A stretch of DNA of 64,000 bases, from IMG/VR virus record IMGVR_UViG_2857375656_000002, positions 1,302 to 65,301 of that record; one strand, 5' to 3'. This stretch comes from a virus (Duplodnaviria; Caudoviricetes). The notes beneath the pieces are model-generated. The model did no database searches and was not told where the DNA came from. It saw nothing but the letters and a program-made list of their open reading frames with translations. The position numbers were made by a program, and so were the translations under genes. Positions 1 to 9,832 of the stretch are shown piece after piece (the first letter of the stretch is position 1; each line of letters opens with the position of its first letter).

Positions 1-819
1 TTCGCGCCCCACTCGGCGCATCTCGCCCTCGGCAGCGGTTCTGGCTTCAGCCTCGTTCTGGTAACGCTGCGTCACCACCTTGAACGGCGCGATGCCCACC
101 TGCACCACTCGTTGTTTACCGGCTGCCGCGTCCCACCAGGACGTTTGTGCGCCCAGGTAAGTAGCGCGGCTGGTTTGGGTAAAGCTGGCGGTGATAAACG
201 CGCGATCACCCGGACGATTGTCGCGGGTGATCGACAACGGCACGACCGGCAAGACCTTGCCCGACAGCGATTTTGTCTGCCCTTTGCGGCCCAGCACATA
301 CAGCTCGTCGACAGGCTTGGCCACGGCATCGAAGCGATTGGCCAGACGCGTGAGAAACGCCATGTCACTTTCATTGGTCTGGTCGATGTGCGGGATATGC
401 TCGCCTTCCAGATCAGGCGCCACGCGCGGTGAAAAACCGTAGCGCGTGGTCAATTGGCGAAACAGCGCACCCAGGCTGATCGGCCCGTGACTGGCGGTGC
501 GCCGCTTCTTGAATTCGGGCTCATCAAAGGGCGCCGCCGTCGCCACCAACACCAGACGCAGCGGGAACAGTGACGGTGTGCGCTGGGTGATTTTGAAGCG
601 GCCCTTGTCCACCAGGCCCGACTCCCGATACCCGATGCGCAGGCCGATACGCCCGCCCAGGCTGGGCAGCCCTTCAAGGCCCTCGATGTCGAGTGTCAGC
701 TTGAGCTGGTCGGACGTAAACCCGGCCATGTCGGTATGCTCCCACTCCAATAGCCGCTCATTGAGGAGTGCGGCATTGGCACCGTAAATCTCCACCACGG
801 GTGTAAATCCAAGTGTCAT
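1..819 (-). CDS. Phage late control gene D protein (GpD), 3' part outside window
   Basis: Hand translation from ATG at 819: MTLGFTPVVEIYGANAALLNERLLEWEHTDMAGFTSDQLKLTLD...; follows tail X. Confidence 0.82.
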   Translation of the reverse strand, partial: MTLGFTPVVEIYGANAALLNERLLEWEHTDMAGFTSDQLKLTLDIEGLEGLPSLGGRIGLRIGYRESGLVDKGRFKITQRTPSLFPLRLVLVATAAPFDEPEFKKRRTASHGPISLGALFRQLTTRYGFSPRVAPDLEGEHIPHIDQTNESDMAFLTRLANRFDAVAKPVDELYVLGRKGQTKSLSGKVLPVVPLSITRDNRPGDRAFITASFTQTSRATYLGAQTSWWDAAAGKQRVVQVGIAPFKVVTQRYQNEAEARTAAEGEMRRVGRE

Positions 820-828
820 GGTTGCTCC

Positions 829-1041
829 TTAATCCCAGGCCCTAACCGGCTGCCTGGCCACGGGCTGGGTATCCAGCTCAGGCACAATCACATTGACGCC
901 TGCCGGCAATACCGCGCCCTGTTCGGCCAACTGCGGGTTCAAGCGCCACAGCACCTCTTCGGCGGCATCATCACAGCGACCGAGCTCGCGATAGAGCAAC
1001 AGGTTGACCGAGTCACCGGCAATACTTCGAACCTTACGCAT
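829..1041 (-). CDS. Tail protein X (P2 GpX-like)
   Basis: MRKVRSIAGDSVNLLLYRELGRCDD...LNPQLA; start trimmed to 1041. Confidence 0.85.
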   Translation of the reverse strand: MRKVRSIAGDSVNLLLYRELGRCDDAAEEVLWRLNPQLAEQGAVLPAGVNVIVPELDTQPVARQPVRAWD

Positions 1042-1420
1042 TGACGAACTCCTCCAGTACCAACACCCAATTGACCACCATGGCCGTGCCGTCATCGATC
1101 ACACAGGACTGTTTTTCGTCCACCGATTTGATGGTCCACAGCCCCCAGTTCAGGCCTACGCCATCGACCAGCGGCAACGGCACACGCAGGGCTTGCAGCG
1201 CACGCAATTCGTCCATCCGCGCCATGCCCAGCGCGCGTGCGGCCTTGCCGCCGAATGACAGCGTTTCGAGCGCCTGGCCAACTTGGGTGGATTTGGGCTT
1301 GCCGGAAACGATATCCAGGCTGCCCCAACCCCCACTGCTCAAACGGTCCAGGGTGTCGTAGGCAAACCCACGGGACAGCCCGAAAATAAACGGGCCCAAC
1401 GCCATTTGTTGTCGCATCAC
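1034..1420 (-). CDS. Tail protein GpU-like
   Basis: QMALGPFIF...GVGLNWGLWTIKSVDE, typical P2 GpU motifs; position after tape measure. Confidence 0.85.
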   Translation of the reverse strand: MMRQQMALGPFIFGLSRGFAYDTLDRLSSGGWGSLDIVSGKPKSTQVGQALETLSFGGKAARALGMARMDELRALQALRVPLPLVDGVGLNWGLWTIKSVDEKQSCVIDDGTAMVVNWVLVLEEFVNA

Positions 1421-3630
1421 ACCACTCCTGTATCGGTCAGGGCCGAGTCACGTCGCGTCGCCAGCAGGCTGTCCATCGACAGCGGCGAGAATTGCGCCTC
1501 GATCTGTTGCACCACGATCGCGGCCAGTTGTTGTGGGTTGGCCTGCTCGGGTGCGTTGATGGTGATTTGCGGCGCGAAGTTGACTTGGCGGTTGTCGGCT
1601 TGAGCGCTACTGAGGTTTTTGCTGGTCTCGCCGGGTGATGGCAGACGGTCATCGGAGCCCATCAGTTTTTCACTCAGCCAGGCGCCGATATCACTGCCGG
1701 CAAACGTACCCAGCGCGCCGCCGACCACTTTGCCGATGGCACCGCCAGCGACACCGCCCATGACCCCGCCCAGCACTGTGCCAGCCCCCGGCACCACCGA
1801 ACCGATCGCCGCCCCGGCGAGCGTGCCGAGCGCGCGGCCAACGGCCATGCCCGCAAATTCGCCAGCAACGCCACCGGCAACACCGCCGCCGACTGACCCT
1901 ACCGTGGTGCCGACGGCTTTACCCAGGTTCCCCGACATCGCGCCCTGGACAAGGTCAATGCCAGCACCCGCCAGCACCACGCCAAGGGAGCCTCTTCGCG
2001 CGACCTTACTGGCTCTCGCAGTTCGTGAAGGCTTGTCTGCGGAGCGATCACCGCGCGGCGTTTCGTTGCCTTTGGGTGTGTTCTGGCTGGCTGGCGCGCT
2101 CACCTTGCCTGGTGTGGTATTGCCGCCTCCGAGAATCTTGCCGGCGACCTTCTCGAACACCTTGTCCTTCACCGCATCGAACACACCAGAAAACACCGGC
2201 CCCAACGCCGCGCCAGCCAGCGTTACAGCGGCCGTGGTCTTGGGCAGCGCCTCGGCCAACCAGCCCACGCCCGTCACCAGCCCGGTCATCGCGGTTAGCG
2301 AGGTGTCCAAGATCGGCGCCAGCGCGGCATCCTTGGCGGTATCCAGCCGCGTGGTGCTGGCCTCGAAGGCTTGACGACGTGCTTGTGTGGAGTCTGCGCG
2401 AACCGCTGCCGAACGCAGGACCGAGCCTTGTTCGCCAAGTGCCGACGTCGCGTACACCGACTTGTCGGCCACCAGCGTAAACGCCTGCTTTACCGTATCG
2501 ATGGCGGGCACCAGGCTCAGAATCGACTGATTGCCATCGAACAATTGAGTGGCCAACGCCGCTTGTTTCTCAGCCGGTTGCGCCTTGAGCGCTTCAAGCA
2601 CCGTGAGCAGGGTCTGGGGCGCATCCTGCTGCATCCCGCCAGCGAGCAACGTGGGATCAAGCTTGAGCGCCGCCCACGCATTGCGCTGGCTTTCAGAAGC
2701 GCCGTCGCCTTTGGCCAGGGTGCTGCTGATTTTCTCCAGCCCGACACCGGCTGCACTCTTGCTGTTGCCGGCACTGAGCAATGCCGCCGAAAGCGCCGCT
2801 GCCTGCTCGGGGCTCATGCCCGCGGCGGTGGCCGTCCCCCCTGCGCGCTGCACAATCGCGCCGATATCCGCCGCTTCTGCCTTGAGCGAAACGTGGGTGC
2901 CCAACACATTGGTCGCGTCAGCCAGGTCCCGGGTTTGCTCGCGGTCGATTTTCATCGACTCGCGCCAGCCGCCCATCATGTCGCCGGCATTTTTGACGTC
3001 GACCTTGAAGGCCGTCGCCATGATGGCTGCGTCGCGGGCGAACTGGGTCAGGTCGTCCTGACGAGCCGCGCGGTCGATATTGCCCGAGGCATCCTTGCGG
3101 TCGCTGCCGATGCCGGACCGGGCGGCCACATACTCGACCTGTGCCAGGTCCACGGCGCTTGCACCGCTCGCCGCTACCATCGGTTCCGACGCCATGGCCA
3201 AGTTGGTTTCGCGCAGTTGTTTGCGCTGGCGGCCGACAAACATCAACAACTGATCCAGGTCAGTCATCGCGGCATCCAGTGCCTGCGAGGGTTTGCGCGC
3301 CTCAGCGGGGGCTGCAGCTTTTGCTGCTCCCGCGCCTTCGCCAGCTTCAACTTGCCGGGCGTCCATCATCTTGAGCAGTGAGGCGTTGAACAGCTCGAGG
3401 GTATTCACCAGCCGATCCTGCCCCGCCGCCAGGAGATTGATCTCAAGGCTGGCAGTCGCCAGGGCCAACCCCAGACTCGCGGCCTCTACCGGCATCGCGC
3501 CCGAGGGCCCGGCGAGTGTTGACGCAATGGGTTTGATACTGGCCTGCGCCACTGCGGTGTCACGTGAGCCCAGCGTCAGCTCGCCTTCCGTGGCGATGGC
3601 TGACGGGCTTGCATGGTTATTGCCTGCCAT
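1417..3630 (-). CDS. Tail tape measure protein
   Basis: 737 aa Ala/Gly-rich helical protein with TP901-like core and Gly-rich TM C-terminus, between chaperone and GpU. Confidence 0.9.
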   Translation of the reverse strand: MAGNNHASPSAIATEGELTLGSRDTAVAQASIKPIASTLAGPSGAMPVEAASLGLALATASLEINLLAAGQDRLVNTLELFNASLLKMMDARQVEAGEGAGAAKAAAPAEARKPSQALDAAMTDLDQLLMFVGRQRKQLRETNLAMASEPMVAASGASAVDLAQVEYVAARSGIGSDRKDASGNIDRAARQDDLTQFARDAAIMATAFKVDVKNAGDMMGGWRESMKIDREQTRDLADATNVLGTHVSLKAEAADIGAIVQRAGGTATAAGMSPEQAAALSAALLSAGNSKSAAGVGLEKISSTLAKGDGASESQRNAWAALKLDPTLLAGGMQQDAPQTLLTVLEALKAQPAEKQAALATQLFDGNQSILSLVPAIDTVKQAFTLVADKSVYATSALGEQGSVLRSAAVRADSTQARRQAFEASTTRLDTAKDAALAPILDTSLTAMTGLVTGVGWLAEALPKTTAAVTLAGAALGPVFSGVFDAVKDKVFEKVAGKILGGGNTTPGKVSAPASQNTPKGNETPRGDRSADKPSRTARASKVARRGSLGVVLAGAGIDLVQGAMSGNLGKAVGTTVGSVGGGVAGGVAGEFAGMAVGRALGTLAGAAIGSVVPGAGTVLGGVMGGVAGGAIGKVVGGALGTFAGSDIGAWLSEKLMGSDDRLPSPGETSKNLSSAQADNRQVNFAPQITINAPEQANPQQLAAIVVQQIEAQFSPLSMDSLLATRRDSALTDTGVV

Positions 3631-3636
3631 ACCGCT

Positions 3637-3807
3637 CTACTCCTGTTTGACGCCAAGGCGAGTGATCGCGATGTCGTAGCGGCGCAATGCTTTTCCGGCG
3701 TCCCAGTCGAGGATCTCCGCCTCATTGACCGAGTAAATCAGTGGCACCACATCGAGGATTACTTCGATGTCGCGCTCCGAAAGAAGTCCGCCGGTTGATT
3801 TAAAAAA
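3637..3807 (-). other. -1 programmed frameshift site (T TTT TTA at 3807-3801) and GpE' extension of the tail chaperone
   Basis: Slippery heptamer in the chaperone frame; -1 frame open to TAG at 3637, encoding LLSERDIEVILDVVPLIYSVNEAEILDWDAGKALRRYDIAITRLGVKQE. Confidence 0.7.
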
Positions 3808-4331
3808 TCGTCGATGCGCTCCTGCAGTTCCGTCCAGTCAGGAACGGTCAGCCCGGCCAGGTCCGGAATCATCAGGCCGGTGCAATGAGCGGTAATGAAT
3901 TCTGCGCGTTCTTTGTTGGTGGCGAGTTTCTTCATGGCCTTGGTAGCGCGCAGGGCGGGCATTTCCAGGCTCAGTGCGGTCAGGTTGCGGCCGGCGGCAT
4001 CAAGAGGCAGCATCAGGTGCACCTGTTCATGCTGCAACGGTTCATCGCGTTCGCCGAGGAAGAACGACGCAGGCCGCGTCGACATTTCATGCACGTACTG
4101 AGCAATGCTCACGTAGTCCGGGCGCTTGAGCTGATCGAGTTCTTTTTCCGACAGGCCGGTGGCGAGTTTCGCCAGTTCAAAAAACTGGTCGTCCTCGTCA
4201 TCACCGGCCCGGGCGAGTGCAGCTTTTTGCGCGGCGTAGAACAGCGGCTTGAGTTGAATCTGCTGGATCGTCGCGCCAGTGTCGGCGGTGATCGGAGACA
4301 GCAGAATGTGCAGCGGTGGCATCCAGGCCAT
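3759..4331 (-). CDS. Tail assembly chaperone (GpE-like)
   Basis: 190 aa between tube and tape measure, with internal duplication and terminal slippery site. Confidence 0.85.
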   Translation of the reverse strand: MAWMPPLHILLSPITADTGATIQQIQLKPLFYAAQKAALARAGDDEDDQFFELAKLATGLSEKELDQLKRPDYVSIAQYVHEMSTRPASFFLGERDEPLQHEQVHLMLPLDAAGRNLTALSLEMPALRATKAMKKLATNKERAEFITAHCTGLMIPDLAGLTVPDWTELQERIDDFLNQPADFFRSATSK

Positions 4332-4393
4332 GGGGCAATTCCTTGTTTAAGCGTTGTTGAAAGCAGCGCAAATCTAAAGCTGAGCGCGGTCGA

Positions 4394-4481
4394 TGTGGGA
4401 GCTGGCTTGCCTGCGATGGCATCAGCTCGGTACACCAGGCACACCGAGTCGCCTGCATCGCGGGCAAGCCCGGCTCCCACA
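4394..4481. repeat. Pseudomonas REP doublet (REPIN)
   Basis: TGTGGGAGCTGGCTTGCCTGCGATG...CATCGCGGGCAAGCCCGGCTCCCACA inverted pair. Confidence 0.85.
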
Positions 4482-4513
4482 TTGACTGTGCTCACTTCAG
4501 GTCACGGTAGCCC

Positions 4514-5020
4514 TTAAGGCATCAGCACCGCGCGGCGCGCATCGCCGAGAATGTCGACACCGTTGAGCATGAACTTCTGGGTGCGCACGTCGATGTCGAT
4601 CACCGAAATGCCGTTCTCCAGACGGTTGTAGGTACGGCAGGACAGTTCCAAAGTGGTGGTGACCTTGTCGCCCATCTTCAGCTTCGCCTCCTCCAGGGAT
4701 TTGAGTTTGCCGCCGACGGTGTGGTAGGTGAAGTAGGTCTTGCCATCCTGGTCCTGGCCGGCTTCACGCACGTTCAACAGGATGTCGTCGCCCATACGCA
4801 CGCCCAGGGCCAGCATGATTTCCGGCCCGGCACCTTGCAGAACCAACTTGGCATTGAGCACCTTGCCGCTCTTGGCCATCTCTTCGGCGATGAAGCGCCC
4901 GCCGGACATGGATTCCATGTCGAACTCGATCTTTGGCGGGGTGAACTCTTCCACCGTCGCGGACAACGGCAGGCCTTGAAGGGTGGCCGCAATGGCCTGT
5001 CTTACACGGTTGGTAAACAT
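4514..5020 (-). CDS. Major tail tube protein
   Basis: 168 aa, EEFTPPKIEFDME...; immediately after sheath. Confidence 0.9.
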   Translation of the reverse strand: MFTNRVRQAIAATLQGLPLSATVEEFTPPKIEFDMESMSGGRFIAEEMAKSGKVLNAKLVLQGAGPEIMLALGVRMGDDILLNVREAGQDQDGKTYFTYHTVGGKLKSLEEAKLKMGDKVTTTLELSCRTYNRLENGISVIDIDVRTQKFMLNGVDILGDARRAVLMP

Positions 5021-6186
5021 TAGAGAACGTCCTCCAGGAACTGCTCGATGATTTCATCGCGGGCATTGAGTTGGTAAATCATGTGCTCATTCGGCGCATA
5101 GCGGCCGTAGTCGATGACGATGAACCAGGTGCCGTTCTTGTACTTCTCGACACTGTTCAATTCCGGGTGCAGGTACACGCTGCCGCCGGGGATGGTTTCG
5201 TCGGCGACCAGGGTTTGCAGCCAGTCGTTGATGCGCTTGACCTCCTGGTCCATGAACGACTTGGTGAGGTTCTTGGCCATGGCTTTCTGGCCGGCCTTGA
5301 CCAGCTTGCGGCTGATGGCATCTTCCAGGCCGACGTAGCTGATGAACTTGCCGGTGATGGAGCGGTTACCCAGCAGCGAGAAGCCGCCGAGGATGGTGCG
5401 GGCGTAGTAGCTCACGCCATAGCGGTTGAGCAGGTCGCCTTCGGTGGAGGTGTCGAGGATGTTGTACTCGACCACGCGGGAAACGTCCTCGGCGAAGGTC
5501 ACCTGGTTGCCCGGGCTTTCCCATTGCTTGACCTTGGCCAATGCGGCGATGGCCAGCGAAGATGGCGACAGGAACACGTTTTTCTTCGCCGCCTTGGAGT
5601 ACACCGATGGCATGTTGTGCACCAGCAGGCAACGGTCGAAACCGAGGTCGGCACCGCCCAGCTCGCCGCTGTAGGTCACTTGGTCGGCAACGGACGCATC
5701 CTTGCCATCGAGCACCACACGGGCCTTAATGCGTTTGCCGAAAGAGGCGAACTCACCGGCCACGGCTTTGGTGCCGGTGAAGCCCGGGGCGCCGATGATG
5801 GTCAGGTCTTCAGGGACGCTGCTCAGGGCAGCCAGGCCCAGTTTGCGCCCGGTGGTTGGCTCGTTGCCACCGATCACATTGTTGAGGGTGTCGGCCGGGG
5901 TTGCGCCCTCCTCGACGATCACCACGTAAACCGGCACCTTCACCACTTTGAGGATCTGGTACACCGCCTGAAACAGCGTGCCCGACTCGGCGCCGGTCGG
6001 GTCCAGCAACGCCTGGGTGGTGAAGCTGTTGATACGGAATGGCGCATTTTTTGGGATCGACGCGTGGGCATTCGGCGCAGTGCCGACCAGGCCGATGACG
6101 TTATCGCCAAGACCACCCATGGCCTCGGGAGATTCAGTGGCATTCACGGTGATGCCGTTGTGCTCGAAGTTAAGAACCTCAGCCAT
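5020..6186 (-). CDS. Contractile tail sheath protein
   Basis: 388 aa, MAEVLNFEHNGITV...IGLVGTAP...YGRYAPNEHM. Confidence 0.93.
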   Translation of the reverse strand: MAEVLNFEHNGITVNATESPEAMGGLGDNVIGLVGTAPNAHASIPKNAPFRINSFTTQALLDPTGAESGTLFQAVYQILKVVKVPVYVVIVEEGATPADTLNNVIGGNEPTTGRKLGLAALSSVPEDLTIIGAPGFTGTKAVAGEFASFGKRIKARVVLDGKDASVADQVTYSGELGGADLGFDRCLLVHNMPSVYSKAAKKNVFLSPSSLAIAALAKVKQWESPGNQVTFAEDVSRVVEYNILDTSTEGDLLNRYGVSYYARTILGGFSLLGNRSITGKFISYVGLEDAISRKLVKAGQKAMAKNLTKSFMDQEVKRINDWLQTLVADETIPGGSVYLHPELNSVEKYKNGTWFIVIDYGRYAPNEHMIYQLNARDEIIEQFLEDVL

Positions 6187-6188
6187 GG

Positions 6189-6362
6189 TTAGTCAGCCTT
6201 CTTGGGGGTGGAGTTGAGGACGCTGGTCAGTTCCAGGCGGCCGGCGGTGCGCAGGGCGGATGCTTCGACGTCCAGCAGTTGCAGTTCTTCGCCGGCGGTG
6301 GACCAGTGGCCACCTCCGAGGGGGAATGGGATGAGGACGGTGTAGGTTTGGCGGTTGGCCAT
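6189..6362 (-). CDS. Small hypothetical tailocin protein
   Basis: MANRQTYTVLIPFPLGGGHWSTAGEELQLLDVEA...; start trimmed to 6362. Confidence 0.65.
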   Translation of the reverse strand: MANRQTYTVLIPFPLGGGHWSTAGEELQLLDVEASALRTAGRLELTSVLNSTPKKAD

Positions 6363-6416
6363 GTGTAAATTTCTCCAGATGCAAAAATCCCCGTTCAGCA
6401 GGGAATTTAATGGGCG

Positions 6417-6438
6417 AAAAAAAACCGCTTTCGCGGTT
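6417..6438 (-). terminator. Intrinsic terminator after fibre chaperone
   Basis: AACCGC-GAAA-GCGGTT followed by a T run on the minus strand. Confidence 0.6.
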
Positions 6439-6448
6439 ATGTCAGTCC

Positions 6449-6769
6449 CTAGATTGGCGCGATAGGCCAATTGATTGAGGCAGGAAAACCTTCCTGCTTA
6501 TCGATGCGGTTCAATTCGATTCGATACAGCTTCCAGGCTTGCAGCCGTGCCGCCTCGTCATCGGTTGCCTTCCCCAAGTCTTGTGCATCCAACAGGGGGG
6601 CGATACGTATCGCCGCGACTTGCAACAGTTCGTCTCGACGCTGCATGGCTTCGTTACTCACCAGCTGTGCCATAACCTCAGCTGCATCTTCAGCCGTCAA
6701 ACCCATCCCTTCCAAACTCTCTGCATCTGGATTGACGTATATCGACCCCTTGTAATTCACTGTTCTCAC
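6449..6769 (-). CDS. Tail fibre assembly chaperone (Tfa-like)
   Basis: RIAPLLDAQDLGKATDDEAARLQAWKLYRIELNRID...INWPIAP. Confidence 0.85.
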   Translation of the reverse strand: MRTVNYKGSIYVNPDAESLEGMGLTAEDAAEVMAQLVSNEAMQRRDELLQVAAIRIAPLLDAQDLGKATDDEAARLQAWKLYRIELNRIDKQEGFPASINWPIAPI

Positions 6770-6780
6770 TTAAACGCTCC

Positions 6781-7623
6781 TTATGCGGAAATAGTTGTAT
6801 ATGCCTGGCGCGCCGTGTAGGAACCTGGCGCCAAGGTAAGCAAACTATCAAGTGTCGCCCCAGTGCCGAAACCAACAATAGACACCGTGCTGATATCAAC
6901 CATTTTCGGCACACCAACATTGACAATTGTCGTCTGGGCTCCGCCTTTGCTAATGGTCGTCTGCGCGAGACTTAGCTGAATAAACCCGTAGTACGTGGAA
7001 AACAACGGAACGTCCTGAATCACGATCTCACACTTATGAAAAAACAACTTGAAGCTCACACTTTCGCCCACCCCACCATCACGAGAAAACAACCCGCCAT
7101 AATCAGGGCCATACTGCGAAACGCCATTTGCCAGGCCGGTTTCTATTCGGCAGTCGGTGAACTTAATCGACATTTCTGTGATCGCGGAGAAACCACCACA
7201 CACGTAGACATTCGAATCAGAAAAGCGCACCAACGCGCCTCGAACGACTGGTTTAGAGGCTTCTGTACCATACGGGATGAATAGAAGCGACATATTGTCA
7301 ACATTGGTCCCGCCCAAGCCCCGACCGACCTCATAGACTTTTCCACGACGGAGAAAAATAGTGGCGGAGCCGCACAACATGACCCTGCCCACCGCAGCAG
7401 CAATGGTTTTAAGTGGCTTATCCGGAGTGAGACCGCTATTGGTGTCCAGGCCACTGGAGGAGTCGACATATAAAACCTTGTTAACTTCTGCTCGAACAGC
7501 CGCTGGCACCTGCTCAGTGGCCGCAACTACTTTCTGATCGATTAACGATATCTTTTTACTTACCGTATCCGTTAGTGCATTGCATGCCGACACCAGGCCG
7601 GCGATTACCGTTTCCAAACTCAT
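6781..7623 (-). CDS. Tail fibre / receptor-binding protein
   Basis: 280 aa, N-terminal coiled coil then VLYVD...DTNSGLTPDKPLKTI beta-helix-like region; lower GC than neighbours. Confidence 0.78.
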   Translation of the reverse strand: MSLETVIAGLVSACNALTDTVSKKISLIDQKVVAATEQVPAAVRAEVNKVLYVDSSSGLDTNSGLTPDKPLKTIAAAVGRVMLCGSATIFLRRGKVYEVGRGLGGTNVDNMSLLFIPYGTEASKPVVRGALVRFSDSNVYVCGGFSAITEMSIKFTDCRIETGLANGVSQYGPDYGGLFSRDGGVGESVSFKLFFHKCEIVIQDVPLFSTYYGFIQLSLAQTTISKGGAQTTIVNVGVPKMVDISTVSIVGFGTGATLDSLLTLAPGSYTARQAYTTISA

Positions 7624-7674
7624 CTTTTACACTCCTTGTAAAACGTCGTTTTTTCCAGTAGCCAAAGGCGAGGA

Positions 7675-8205
7675 CTATTTAAGTTCTACGCTCATGACCC
7701 GAAACAACACCCCCATATGCCGCGCCATGTTATCAATACTTGCCGCGGCGAGCTGCGCAAACTCCCCTGCCATCAAGACATTAAGATTTTCATTGCCTAC
7801 TACAACCGTCACACTGTCCGTCGGCAACGGCGAAATATCTAACGTAAATCGTTGAAGCACTCGAGTCGCAGACGCTTTATAAGTCAGCAACTTTCCCGCC
7901 ACCGAGTAAATCGCCAGCAAGGTCCCACTGGCGAGATAAAAACCAAACTCGCCAATCTCATACTCGGCCTCGCCATCAAACAGCGCGGCCATCCTGAGTT
8001 GCCGGTCGCCCAAGTCCTCATAATCCACAATGGCGACACGCTGGCGTTCATCACGCAAGGCCACTTCCGTTCCGTCTGGGTTGTACCGGCCGGTACCGGC
8101 GCCGATGTGGGTAATTTCGCCTCTCAAACCCTGGTTCTTTGCCTGCAGCACTTCATCCAAACCTTTGGAGGTGAAGCGCACCAGGCGCGTAATGTCATCT
8201 GTCAT
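7675..8205 (-). CDS. Proximal tail fibre / baseplate-attachment protein
   Basis: RFTSKGLDEVLQAKNQGLRGEITHIGAGTGRY...EIGEFGFYLASGTLLA, typical fibre N-terminal domain. Confidence 0.75.
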   Translation of the reverse strand: MTDDITRLVRFTSKGLDEVLQAKNQGLRGEITHIGAGTGRYNPDGTEVALRDERQRVAIVDYEDLGDRQLRMAALFDGEAEYEIGEFGFYLASGTLLAIYSVAGKLLTYKASATRVLQRFTLDISPLPTDSVTVVVGNENLNVLMAGEFAQLAAASIDNMARHMGVLFRVMSVELK

Positions 8206-8840
8206 GGCTGCGCCCTGAGGTCGTAGTCGTTAATGGTGTAGTGCTGGGCCACCCCAGCGCTGTTAAGTCGGGCAACCAACGCCAACTCCGGCAACGCGCC
8301 GTGCAGGCACAGCTCGCCATCGCTTAACGGGGCGTGGAGGACCTGAGTGAGCGCAAGCCGACCTTCGGTTTCATGCACGATGGTGATAGTCGCCAGGTCC
8401 CGCTCGCTCTTGGCTGCGTTGATACGACGGATCAGTCGATTGTGATCACCGCTGGACCAACTGCGACCGATGATTGCCTGCACGTCGAAGGTGTAAGGCT
8501 TCTCCACCGGACGCTGCTGATACCACGCGCTGATGTTGGGCGTGAACCCCAGCGATTCCACCGCATGACTCAATGCTTGGGGCGTGCCGGCCTGGCGTTG
8601 GATTTGCCAAGACAAGGCTACGGTGAGGCGCTTTTCGGTTGCGCTGGCGGCCGCATCCCACTCACTCACACCCCGGTCGGCGGCAAGGTAAGGAAGAAAC
8701 TCAGTAGGCGTTTGCAGTGGGTTCATCAACGCCGGAAACGGCGGCATCACACGGTCGAGCAGCTTGCCAAACCCCAAGTCCAACGCCTTTTCCAACGGTG
8801 AACTGTTGGCGGGTAACAACGTCGTTTTGGGCTCACTCAT
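8202..8840 (-). CDS. Tail protein I (P2 GpI-like)
   Basis: LLPANSSPLE...LPYLAADRGVSEW...GTPQAL. Confidence 0.85.
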   Translation of the reverse strand: MSEPKTTLLPANSSPLEKALDLGFGKLLDRVMPPFPALMNPLQTPTEFLPYLAADRGVSEWDAAASATEKRLTVALSWQIQRQAGTPQALSHAVESLGFTPNISAWYQQRPVEKPYTFDVQAIIGRSWSSGDHNRLIRRINAAKSERDLATITIVHETEGRLALTQVLHAPLSDGELCLHGALPELALVARLNSAGVAQHYTINDYDLRAQP

Positions 8841-9832
8841 AGCGTGCGCACCTCCACCTCGACACCCTTGCAATACGGCGCCTGGAACGCGGTGCTGATG
8901 ATTGGCTCCAGCGGCTCAAGGATTTGCAGTTGCGCAGCGCCGGCGCTGTGAATCGCATAATCAATCCAGCTCGGATCCACCCGCCCTTCCAGCCGGTGAC
9001 AAGACTCCGCGTAGTCCTGCAGCAGCTTTTGAGCGGCAACCTGGGTAAGCCCCGAATCCGGGCCAGCGTTGATCTTGGCGACCACGCGGATTTTGTACGG
9101 CAGGATTTGCGCGCCTTGCACACTGACCAGATCCGTCTCCGGCCGTACATCCGGCCGTGCGAAATGGCGACGAACGCCGTCAAGCAAATCGGCAGAAGGC
9201 GTGCCGTCGCCCTCACGGGAAAGCACGGTGACCATCACTTCGCCGGGCGCTGTTCGACGCCCATTGCCGTCTTTGACCTGGGCCGCATAGCCGTCCGGGT
9301 CAAAGGTGTAGCTGACGGTTACCACACCTGGCGTAGCGCTTTGCACCTTCACCGACGGCCGTTCGCCTAGAGTGAAAACCTCACGCCGATACTGCATTCG
9401 CGAACCTGCCGCCGGGGCATGCGGCGCCAGGTAGTAACGCAGGCGAGCGTCGTCATCGCTCTCCAATGTTGGCGGCACAGGCGGAAATGCCGCCGGGTCG
9501 CCAGGGTCGAGTACTTGGCGTTCCAGGCCCATATCGGCCAGGCGTGCATCCAGGTTGCTGCCGGTGGCCCACCACGCCAGCATCTGCTTGATGCGTGCAT
9601 TGTATTTGCGCGCGTGGGTTTGCAGCCGCACACAAAACGCTTCCAGCGCCAGGGTCAGCAGCTCGCTTTCATTGTCGAGGCTGACCTTGAGTTTGGCCGC
9701 ACTTTGCGGCGCTCGGGTGGCGACGTAGTCAACGACAAACGCCTTGAACTCGGCCAACAACGGTTCGAACTCGTCCACCGCAATGATGGCCGGTTCCGCC
9801 AGTTGGTTCTGGCCGGGGATCAGCATGCTCAT
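8837..9832 (-). CDS. Baseplate J-like protein
   Basis: 331 aa, ESDDDARLRYYLAPHAPAAGSRMQY. Confidence 0.9.
   Translation of the reverse strand: MSMLIPGQNQLAEPAIIAVDEFEPLLAEFKAFVVDYVATRAPQSAAKLKVSLDNESELLTLALEAFCVRLQTHARKYNARIKQMLAWWATGSNLDARLADMGLERQVLDPGDPAAFPPVPPTLESDDDARLRYYLAPHAPAAGSRMQYRREVFTLGERPSVKVQSATPGVVTVSYTFDPDGYAAQVKDGNGRRTAPGEVMVTVLSREGDGTPSADLLDGVRRHFARPDVRPETDLVSVQGAQILPYKIRVVAKINAGPDSGLTQVAAQKLLQDYAESCHRLEGRVDPSWIDYAIHSAGAAQLQILEPLEPIISTAFQAPYCKGVEVEVRTL

Noticed and set aside
5071-6192. Long antisense ORFs (also 34855-35982, 14208-14948, 41756-42661, 38639-39448, 2371-3381)
   Set aside because: Shadow frames opposite well-supported genes, expected from high-GC codon bias
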